From a virus (Duplodnaviria > Caudoviricetes), in the IMG/VR virus record IMGVR_UViG_3300033416_000011, positions 1 to 45,881 of that record: a stretch of DNA of 45,881 bases. One strand, 5' to 3'. The notes below the pieces were generated by a model. That model searched no databases. It was not told the DNA's origin and worked only from the letters and a program-made list of their open reading frames with translations. Positions 17,263 to 23,549 of this stretch are shown in pieces (positions within the stretch are counted from its first letter, which is position 1; each line of letters starts with the position of its first letter). Made by a program: the position numbers and the translations under genes.

Positions 17263-17679
17263 TCACGCATAGTACGCCCCCGCGAACCCTCTCGCAGGAT
17301 CGCCGTACGCGTTGACGAGCCCCTGTGCGGGCGCCCATACGGTCATGAACGCATGGACTGCTTCCAGTGTAGTGGCCCCTCCTAGCACCACTTTTCGTCG
17401 CCCGTCCGGCCCGAACCCCGGGTCTCCCGGGGCATGGTGATCTATCCGCGCGTAGCCGCCAAAATTTGCCCCACCGTACAACGGGCGACATTCGATACAC
17501 ACGACATCGAACCCGTGTACTTCGTCGTTACTCGGCGAATCGAATTTGTACATGTTACCCGGATGTACCCGGGCGCCACCGCAATACGCGTAGACGGATG
17601 ACTGGCCGTGCTTCTTGAGTAACTGCTCTATTGCGACCATCTCGTAGTCCGGCGCCCCTAAAATAAATAATTTCTGCAT
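17263..17679 (-). CDS. DHH-motif phage protein, apparently internally shortened
   Basis: ILGAPD.EM.AIE.LL, RVHPGN.Y, IDHH.PGDPG.G and YGDPARGFAGAY motifs. Confidence 0.7.
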   Translation of the reverse strand: MQKLFILGAPDYEMVAIEQLLKKHGQSSVYAYCGGARVHPGNMYKFDSPSNDEVHGFDVVCIECRPLYGGANFGGYARIDHHAPGDPGFGPDGRRKVVLGGATTLEAVHAFMTVWAPAQGLVNAYGDPARGFAGAYYA

Positions 17680-17753
17680 TTTTCACTCCTCAGCTCGAAC
17701 GCACCGAAAGTGATGCGTTCGATCCGAAGCGGGATCCGGAGATCCCGATAGTG
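17680..17753 (-). promoter_or_regulatory. Twin-hairpin intergenic element, copy 5
   Basis: CGGGATC-TCCG-GATCCCG, then CTTCGGA-TCGAACGCATC...GGTGCGTTCGA-GCTGAGGAGT, then ATG. Confidence 0.75.
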
Positions 17754-18092
17754 CTAGTTGTCGTTTACAGCTTTGCGGAGTACGTCTGCAAGCACTTCCC
17801 CTAGGTCCCCGGCTAACAGCGCGAGATTAGACGTCACTGTGCTACGAACCATGTCGTCTACTCCTTTCGACTCCAGTAGTTCACGTATTGACCGCGTTCG
17901 AAACTCGACCGCGGGCTTGATGGCTTGCGTCCACTCGCACCGAAGCGTTTCAAGCATTCGCCCAACTGCCACCTTCATCGCCGTCTCTTTTTCCGTCGCT
18001 ATGCGCTCGATCGCGTCCTCGACTTCTTTCCGCTCGTCTTTGGCGTCCCGCGAAATCGTGCAAAGTCGCTCTGCCAGTTCAGATATCTTCAT
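17754..18092 (-). CDS. Hypothetical helical protein
   Basis: 112 aa, GGGAG RBS, bounded by twin-hairpin elements. Confidence 0.75.
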   Translation of the reverse strand: MKISELAERLCTISRDAKDERKEVEDAIERIATEKETAMKVAVGRMLETLRCEWTQAIKPAVEFRTRSIRELLESKGVDDMVRSTVTSNLALLAGDLGEVLADVLRKAVNDN

Positions 18093-18163
18093 ATCTACTC
18101 CCGGTTAGCACGTCGATCCATTCGACATGCTAATTCGGCGCCCGAAGACGCTCGGGCTGACTA
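18093..18163 (-). promoter_or_regulatory. Twin-hairpin intergenic element, copy 4
   Basis: GCCCGA-GCGTCT-TCGGGC, then CCGAA-TTAGCATGTCGA-ATGGA-TCGACGTGCTAA-CCGGGAGTA, then ATG. Confidence 0.8.
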
Positions 18164-18886
18164 CTACTGCTTGCGCGCTGGTGTACCCCATGTGGATCCG
18201 CCGCCGGGGTAAAACACTCCGTTGCGCAACGGAAGTGAATCTAGACACTGATACACGCGGGCGTAGTCACGGACATCTGCTAACTCCACTACGAGATCAG
18301 CGCCGGCATCACCATCCGAATCGGTTCCGATCCGCGCAAAATTGAGGCCGAAATTGCGCATGATCCGCCGTACGACTCCGTGTCGCGCTGGCATTGGATC
18401 GAGTACGCGAATCGCCACGCTGCCAATACCCACTATCGGACAGCTAGTGAGTGCATCTGAAAGCGCTCCATGTGCTCCTTTCAACTCTTTCGCGTGCACC
18501 TCCTCGCCCCAATCGATCCATTTTCTGGGGACGGTTAAGCTCACGGCATACTGATCAATTCCAGTCGTGTGAGCCACGATGGTCCCTGCACGGGCGGCCG
18601 AGTGCCAAATACACAAATCGTACATCTGCCCCGCCAGCGCGACGAGGCGTAGCGTCGAAGGCCGAAACACCCCGTCGTCTCCGGGGACGACTCCCGGATA
18701 TCCAAGAATTTCTATACACCGAACGCCGGTTGGGGCTTGCTGATGACGTTCCCCGATCACGAAAACCGTGGACCCTTCCGGCGCATCCACGTAGTTCAAA
18801 AGTGTCTCCCCCACATCTGCAAGAGTCTCACGTACGAATTCCGCCTCTTGCTCCCCCACACCCTGTCCTATAGCCCAGAAACGCAT
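18164..18886 (-). CDS. Hypothetical protein (possible distant paralogue of 17263-17679)
   Basis: 240 aa, GGGAG RBS, bounded by twin-hairpin elements. Confidence 0.75.
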   Translation of the reverse strand: MRFWAIGQGVGEQEAEFVRETLADVGETLLNYVDAPEGSTVFVIGERHQQAPTGVRCIEILGYPGVVPGDDGVFRPSTLRLVALAGQMYDLCIWHSAARAGTIVAHTTGIDQYAVSLTVPRKWIDWGEEVHAKELKGAHGALSDALTSCPIVGIGSVAIRVLDPMPARHGVVRRIMRNFGLNFARIGTDSDGDAGADLVVELADVRDYARVYQCLDSLPLRNGVFYPGGGSTWGTPARKQ

Positions 18887-18962
18887 AATATACTCCCGGT
18901 TAAACCGTCGATCAATTTCGGCGGCTTAATTCGGCGCGCGATCGAAGTGCCGAGGATCGCGC
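18887..18962 (-). promoter_or_regulatory. Twin-hairpin intergenic element, copy 3
   Basis: CGCGCGATC...GATCGCGCG, then CCGAA-TTAAGCCGCCGA-AATTGA-TCGACGGTTTAA-CCGGGAGTA, then ATG. Confidence 0.8.
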
Positions 18963-18991
18963 GTCAACACGGTGTAGCTCAGCGTTTATTT

Positions 18992-19684
18992 TCATATACT
19001 CCCGGTTAAACCGTGTGTCTTCCCCCTCACGAAATACCTGTGTTGCCCAGGCCGGGCTTTGATCGCTTTTACAATGTCACTCCAGCGTGATTCATCCCCT
19101 ACAAACACCTCGAAGTCCTCGTACCTTCCGGACGATTTCACACCGAGCGTCACTCGGTGCTCCACGGCGAATTTGAAAACGAAGCCGCTCTCCACGCCCT
19201 CGATCAGGATGAACGGCGCCATCCTTGCCTCTGCAGGTACTGCTTGTATTTGGCTCGCGATCTTTGCGCTGGCGGCTATGTACGCCTGCGCATACTCCGC
19301 GTGTAAGAACGCGTCCCACCGATTGGGAAAGTAGAAGTATCCCAAGGTGCAATCGCACACCATCGCCGTGTAGTGGGCCACGAACCCCTCCCCGGGGGGG
19401 AATCCGCGCCCGATGTCGCGTAGCTTGTATGCGACGTCACCTAGTAGCGTGTGGAACACGTGCAAGTCACCACACGAGTCCACTGCGACTGTCGGCCCTT
19501 TCACGTGCGATATTCTCACTTCCGGCACTGGAATCACAGCACCGACGACGACTAACTCGTCGTTTTTCCGAAGTTTGAATACGTCTTTCGCCAGCACTAC
19601 GTCTTCGCCGCGGTCCGCGAGACCGGATAGAATGAGATCGGTTTCGGCTGCTGATACTTCATTTATCGTCCACACTCTCTGCAT
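18992..19684 (-). CDS. Hypothetical protein (possible distant paralogue of neighbours)
   Basis: 230 aa, AAGGAG RBS. Confidence 0.75.
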   Translation of the reverse strand: MQRVWTINEVSAAETDLILSGLADRGEDVVLAKDVFKLRKNDELVVVGAVIPVPEVRISHVKGPTVAVDSCGDLHVFHTLLGDVAYKLRDIGRGFPPGEGFVAHYTAMVCDCTLGYFYFPNRWDAFLHAEYAQAYIAASAKIASQIQAVPAEARMAPFILIEGVESGFVFKFAVEHRVTLGVKSSGRYEDFEVFVGDESRWSDIVKAIKARPGQHRYFVRGKTHGLTGSI

Positions 19685-19755
19685 ACGTTACTCCTTGTTA
19701 AGCGCACCAGACGTGATGCACTTAATCGGAGCCGCGATCCGAAGATCGCGCTGTC
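19685..19755 (-). promoter_or_regulatory. Twin-hairpin intergenic element, copy 2
   Basis: CGCGATC-TTCG-GATCGCG (cUUCGg tetraloop), then CTCCGA-TTAAGTGCATCA-CGTC-TGGTGCGCTTAA-CAAGGAGTA, then ATG. Confidence 0.8.
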
Positions 19756-19767
19756 TTACGCTCCGCT

Positions 19768-19938
19768 CTACACTTCTGTACGTTTCCGCGCCGATTCGCA
19801 CAAAATGCAGGTTTGCCACGCTGCTCTACGCATGCCCATCTCGTTCGCTGTTGGCGCTGCACTCCACACGTGTTTGCACCTATAGTCTACGATTACGTAT
19901 TCCCACTGCCATACAGGCTTACTGTTCTTAAGCGCCAT
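19768..19938 (-). CDS. 56-aa hypothetical protein, possible zinc binder (absent from the ORF track)
   Basis: Translated by hand: MALKNSKPVWQWEYVIVDYRCKHVWSAAPTANEMGMRRAAWQTCILCESARKRTEV*. GGGAG RBS; CxH..CxxC. Confidence 0.7.
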   Translation of the reverse strand: MALKNSKPVWQWEYVIVDYRCKHVWSAAPTANEMGMRRAAWQTCILCESARKRTEV

Positions 19939-20010
19939 ATATTACTCCCGGTTCACTCCCGGATCTGCTTCGGGAGTCAATTCGGGAGCCCGATCGGCTC
20001 GGGCAGCGCG
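19939..20010 (-). promoter_or_regulatory. Twin-hairpin intergenic element, copy 1
   Basis: GCCCGA-GCCGA-TCGGGC, then TCCCGAA-TTGACTCCCG...CGGGAGTGAA-CCGGGAGTA, then ATG. Confidence 0.8.
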
Positions 20011-20259
20011 TTACCCAAAGTCCCCAGCCCATTTAAAAATTCGAAGATTCCAATCACTGTCGTGATAGCCATCGTGTATCTGGTATACGGCGTCGTCTAT
20101 CGAGCCCACCGACCCCCATCGAAATTCTGCGCCACCGCCCAGGCCGAGCGCCCGTGCTACTATCTCATACTCCTCGTCCTTCCACGGCCTGAGATAAAGC
20201 CCATATCGCCGCCCATCTTCACCAGTTATCGCTGCAAAGTACTTAGTTTGCCTTGCCAT
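20011..20259 (-). CDS. Hypothetical protein, first gene of the leftward accessory operon
   Basis: Probable start ATG 20259 (MARQTKYF) with AAAGG RBS, downstream of a sigma-54 site. Confidence 0.7.
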   Translation of the reverse strand: MARQTKYFAAITGEDGRRYGLYLRPWKDEEYEIVARALGLGGGAEFRWGSVGSIDDAVYQIHDGYHDSDWNLRIFKWAGDFG

Positions 20260-20287
20260 ATCGTGCCGCCTTTCGATAGCTAGTGAT

Positions 20288-20303
20288 TGCAGTCGGTGTG
20301 CCA
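20288..20303 (-). promoter_or_regulatory. Sigma-54-type (-24/-12) promoter
   Basis: Minus strand TGGCACACCGACTGCA: GG-N10-GC, same architecture as 16437-16453. Confidence 0.72.
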
Positions 20304-20358
20304 TACCCCAAACCTTACAACCATGCGTATTCACTAGTGCCGGGTTGCGTGTATACAC

Positions 20359-20420
20359 GGGTAATGGTTACCCAGGGTAAGCATTAGCTACCCACCAAAG
20401 GCACACTACCGGTAAGCATT
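20359..20420. promoter_or_regulatory. Operator/enhancer-like repeats in the divergent control region
   Basis: Palindrome GGGTAA-TGG-TTACCC at 20359-20373; GGTAAGCATT at 20376-20385 and 20411-20420. Confidence 0.6.
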
Positions 20421-20421
20421 G

Positions 20422-20451
20422 TTGACACGCCAGCGTAAGGAATGCTACAAG
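20422..20451 (+). promoter_or_regulatory. Putative sigma-70-type rightward promoter for the replication arm
   Basis: TTGACA-18 nt-TACAAG with an extended TG. An ATG lies 7 nt after the -10, so the mRNA could be leaderless. Confidence 0.55.
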
Positions 20452-20458
20452 GCGCGAG

Positions 20459-20707
20459 ATGTCACGGGAGAGACGAATATGCTGCGTATGTAAGCGTATC
20501 CTGCGCTTGAGTGGTAGGGCTGGAAGGCCTTATACGCAGCACCCTGCATGCCGAAAAAGGAGACAAGGTGGCAAAACTAGGGCTGGTAATAGAGATACCG
20601 TACGAAGAGCTGTCCGACGAGCTAGTAGCAAAGCTGCAAAAGGTGTTAGCAGGGTCCAAAAAGGGACATACAAAGCCGAAGGCAGGGATCGAAGCGCAGA
20701 CCGTTAG
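20459..20707 (+). CDS. Basic CxxC...HxxC protein, possible regulator
   Basis: First ORF after the promoter, very Arg/Lys-rich. Overlaps the next gene by ~140 nt, so uncertain. Confidence 0.4.
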   Translation: MSRERRICCVCKRILRLSGRAGRPYTQHPACRKRRQGGKTRAGNRDTVRRAVRRASSKAAKGVSRVQKGTYKAEGRDRSADR

Positions 20708-21188
20708 TGAAGAGTGCGAGGACGGACACCCAGACGCAGAGTCATCGGGGATGCTTGAGACAGAAGAGCCCATAGTGGAAGAGTGCCTAGAAGCCGAGAC
20801 CGAAAAGATCGACTTGCAGTCACTCAGAAACAAGGCCGCAAAAGCCATCGAGAGCACCAACACCGCTACGGTGTTGAAGACGATTGCGAAGTACAGTGGA
20901 GGCAAGCAGCGATTGGCTGATATCCCCGTAGCTCAGTACGCTTCTGTAGCCGCGGCCTTGGACGCGTTGCTGGTACCCGCTGATGACGCTGCAATTGACA
21001 CTGACATCCCTTGTGCTAAGCCGGCCTCGCGTACGGAGCTCAACGCGTTGGTGGCAAAGATTGCAAAAAAGAAGGGCGGCAAGGAACTAATTGTGAAAGT
21101 GCTGGCTGAGAACGGAATCACAGGGAAATCGGTACCGGACGAAAAAATCGCTGCGGTACTTCGAGACCTGGCTGCCACAAATGGCTAA
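20568..21188 (+). CDS. Acidic/helical protein of the kind that precedes DUF2800 genes
   Basis: GTG start after AGGAG. Two copies of a helical module ending L..IP..QYA / VPDEKIA. Synteny supports it. Confidence 0.65.
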   Translation: MAKLGLVIEIPYEELSDELVAKLQKVLAGSKKGHTKPKAGIEAQTVSEECEDGHPDAESSGMLETEEPIVEECLEAETEKIDLQSLRNKAAKAIESTNTATVLKTIAKYSGGKQRLADIPVAQYASVAAALDALLVPADDAAIDTDIPCAKPASRTELNALVAKIAKKKGGKELIVKVLAENGITGKSVPDEKIAAVLRDLAATNG

Positions 21189-22254
21189 AACACATAGCAA
21201 AATGCCACCCAGCTCAGCGAAGCGGTGGTTACAATGCCCTGCTTCGCTGCGCCTACGCGAAAACGACAAAGGAAATGTTTTCGCTGACCGAGGCACTAAG
21301 CTGCACACGCAGTTAGAAGCATCTCTAGCCACTCTGCACGAAGAGGATGCTGAGCTAGTGCAGCGCATGACCGATTGGGTTCGTGGGTACCAGGATGTCA
21401 CCAACGGTGTTCTACGAACTGAAGTGCACGTAGAGATCGGTTCTGCATTCGGCTTGCCCGAGGGAGCGCTAGCCGGCACTGCCGATATCGTGATCGAGTC
21501 GCCTCGAGAGCTATGCGTAGCCGACGCCAAGTTTGGCTACGTAGCGGTGCCTGCTAAAGATAACTATCAGCTGATACTGTATGCTATAGGGCTGATGCAA
21601 GTATCTAAATTTAACTTCGAGCGTATACGGCTAGTGATCTTGCAGGACCGAGACGAATTGGTGCACGAGCACGTGTACACCCGTGAAAAGCTGCTAGGCA
21701 TTCGCGACGAGCTACTGCCGAAGGTACAGAGTGCTTACCTCGCTGCTTGCACTAATAAAAGTGTAACGTGTGTAACAGGCGAAGAGTGCCGGTACTGCGC
21801 ATCGTACAAGTGCCCTGCCGCTGTGCAGGCGCTGCGAAGTGTAGCGGTATTAGAGGATACCAGGCCATCCCCAGAGGTGCTCGGTAACCTGCTCAAGGAA
21901 GCACTTATAGCACAGTCGGTGATAAAGTCCCTGTTCGCGCAGGCGCGTGACTTGCTTGACACAGGTACACCGATACCCGGCTGGAAACTAGTAACAGGTC
22001 GAGGCTCAAACAGAGCCTGGCGAGAAGAGACAGAAGCCAAGAACGCCTTGCTAGCCCTGGGTATCGATCCTACGTGTACCAGCGTAGTGGCACCAGCACA
22101 GGCAGAGGCTAAACTGCGCAAGAAGGGGGTAGAGGACGCCAAGGGGCAGATCGCTAAGCTCTGCGCGGAACGTACTTTTAGCAAAAGTGTAGTGCCGGAC
22201 TCGGACGCGCGCGAGTCAGCTCTTGGAGAATTCGAAGAGTACATGGTCAAGTGA
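21181..22254 (+). CDS. DUF2800 / Cas4-like PD-(D/E)XK exonuclease
   Basis: HS..PPSSAKRWLQCPAS, GT.LH, GTAD, D.KFG, N.QL.LYA.G, CRYC....C and PGWKLV.GR motifs. Confidence 0.9.
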   Translation: MAKTHSKMPPSSAKRWLQCPASLRLRENDKGNVFADRGTKLHTQLEASLATLHEEDAELVQRMTDWVRGYQDVTNGVLRTEVHVEIGSAFGLPEGALAGTADIVIESPRELCVADAKFGYVAVPAKDNYQLILYAIGLMQVSKFNFERIRLVILQDRDELVHEHVYTREKLLGIRDELLPKVQSAYLAACTNKSVTCVTGEECRYCASYKCPAAVQALRSVAVLEDTRPSPEVLGNLLKEALIAQSVIKSLFAQARDLLDTGTPIPGWKLVTGRGSNRAWREETEAKNALLALGIDPTCTSVVAPAQAEAKLRKKGVEDAKGQIAKLCAERTFSKSVVPDSDARESALGEFEEYMVK

Positions 22255-22259
22255 GGGTA

Positions 22260-22299
22260 GTATACAGGTATACGGGTATATGGGCATACAGGTGTACCG
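22260..22299 (+). repeat. Five imperfect 8-bp tandem repeats (GTATACRG) upstream of the SSB gene
   Basis: GTATACAG GTATACGG GTATATGG GCATACAG GTGTACCG. Confidence 0.8.
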
Positions 22300-22324
22300 G
22301 TAGTATTAACTAAAGGAGCACGAA

Positions 22325-22960
22325 ATGGCAAAAGAGAAGGTTATACTGAACGTAGGACCGGCAACTGGGATTTACGTGTCCAATCTGTTCGTCCCAATGG
22401 CTGCGCAGCAGGACGAGAACGCGCAGCCTAAATACTCGGTGGTTTTGCTTGCGGAGAAGAACGGGAACGCTTTGCCAAAGGTGTTCGCAGACCTGGCCAA
22501 AGCTGTGGACATGGTGGGAATAAAGCAGTTTGGTAACAAGTGGAAAGACCCGCGTTTCGTAGCGAAATTCAAGCGACCGATCCGTGACGGAGACACGGAA
22601 AAGCCCGACAAAGACTTATTTGCGGGCAAGGCCTTCGTGACACTGCGAACTGCGTACGCGCCAAAGGTGATAACGCGTACGCGAAAGCAGGTGACAGTTG
22701 CAGACGTGGCAGACCGAGGGGAAGGCGGGGAAGACCCCAGTACCCGGATTTTCAGCGGGTGTAAGCTGATATGTAGCGTAGCTGTCGACAGCTTCGACAA
22801 GCAGAGCTCACAGGGAGTAACTCTGTATCTGCGTTCGGTGCTGCTCTGGGACAACACTGGAGATGTGATCGACTTAGGCGGTCCAGACCCCGAAAAGGAC
22901 TTTGAAAAGCATCTTACAGACAGTGATTCCTCGGGTACGGACGACGATTTGCCATTTTGA
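22325..22960 (+). CDS. Single-stranded DNA-binding protein (DUF2815 / gp2.5-like)
   Basis: PKYSVVLL, PIRDGD, I.SGC and GV..YL motifs; acidic tail ending DDDLPF. Confidence 0.88.
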   Translation: MAKEKVILNVGPATGIYVSNLFVPMAAQQDENAQPKYSVVLLAEKNGNALPKVFADLAKAVDMVGIKQFGNKWKDPRFVAKFKRPIRDGDTEKPDKDLFAGKAFVTLRTAYAPKVITRTRKQVTVADVADRGEGGEDPSTRIFSGCKLICSVAVDSFDKQSSQGVTLYLRSVLLWDNTGDVIDLGGPDPEKDFEKHLTDSDSSGTDDDLPF

Positions 22961-23018
22961 TTCCTTGAGCTCTGCCGTTTGAAAAACCCCCTTGGACTAG
23001 GTAGACAGGAGAACGCCA

Positions 23019-23480
23019 GTGATACTGGACGAAATGTACAGGCTTAACGCAGTGAAAGAGCATAAAAACAAAAAGGGGCAGAAGCTAGAAGCGTACTTTG
23101 ACGGCAGTACCATAACCGTGTCTAACGGGGGGACACTGTTAGTAGTTGTGCCTGTGCACAGTGCCGCAGAGGAGCCCAGAGGTATGGTTAGTATGAGGGG
23201 CATCGAGAGCGGGAAGATAGCTCCAGTAGCACCTGTGGCTCAACCTCCTGATTTCTACTCTTTTCGCCCCGACTTGCCGTTACCCAGGGAGAGCGCAAGC
23301 CTAGCGCTAGACCTAAACCTGTTGATACAGGCTGCAAAAGCGCTAGGTACCACGGAGATCGAACTAACCATACCTAGTAAAAATGCGGCTGGTGGGGTGG
23401 CAGCATTAGTGGTAAAGCCCTACGACAGGGGGAACAAGGCAGTAGCGTACCTGGCTCCCTATAGAGTCTCGCCTAAGTAG
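23019..23480 (+). CDS. Possible truncated beta-sliding-clamp-like protein
   Basis: Segments VSNG..L, PPDF...RP, LALD..LL...AKALG and terminal LAPYRV resemble clamp-domain motifs. Lies between SSB and polymerase. Confidence 0.45.
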   Translation: MILDEMYRLNAVKEHKNKKGQKLEAYFDGSTITVSNGGTLLVVVPVHSAAEEPRGMVSMRGIESGKIAPVAPVAQPPDFYSFRPDLPLPRESASLALDLNLLIQAAKALGTTEIELTIPSKNAAGGVAALVVKPYDRGNKAVAYLAPYRVSPK

Positions 23481-23490
23481 CCGGTTCAGG

Positions 23491-23519
23491 GGTAGCTGTA
23501 GCGCTGTGCTACAGCTACC
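23491..23519 (+). promoter_or_regulatory. Perfect 12-bp hairpin upstream of the DNA polymerase gene
   Basis: GGTAGCTGTAGC-GCTGT-GCTACAGCTACC, no U-tract. Confidence 0.55.
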
Positions 23520-23549
23520 ACTAGCTGTTAACTGGTATTGGAGTCCGCA

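Noticed and set aside
17680-20010. Twin-hairpin elements as integron attC sites
   Set aside because: GTTRRRY-like words occur, but the order is GTT...AAT rather than RYYYAAC...GTTRRRY, and no tyrosine recombinase is encoded.
20260-20358. N-terminal extension of the 20011-20358 ORF
   Set aside because: It overlaps the sigma-54 promoter. ATG 20259 has a better RBS.
21181-22254. Cas4-like gene as evidence of a CRISPR-Cas system
   Set aside because: It sits in the standard DUF2800-SSB-polymerase replication module.
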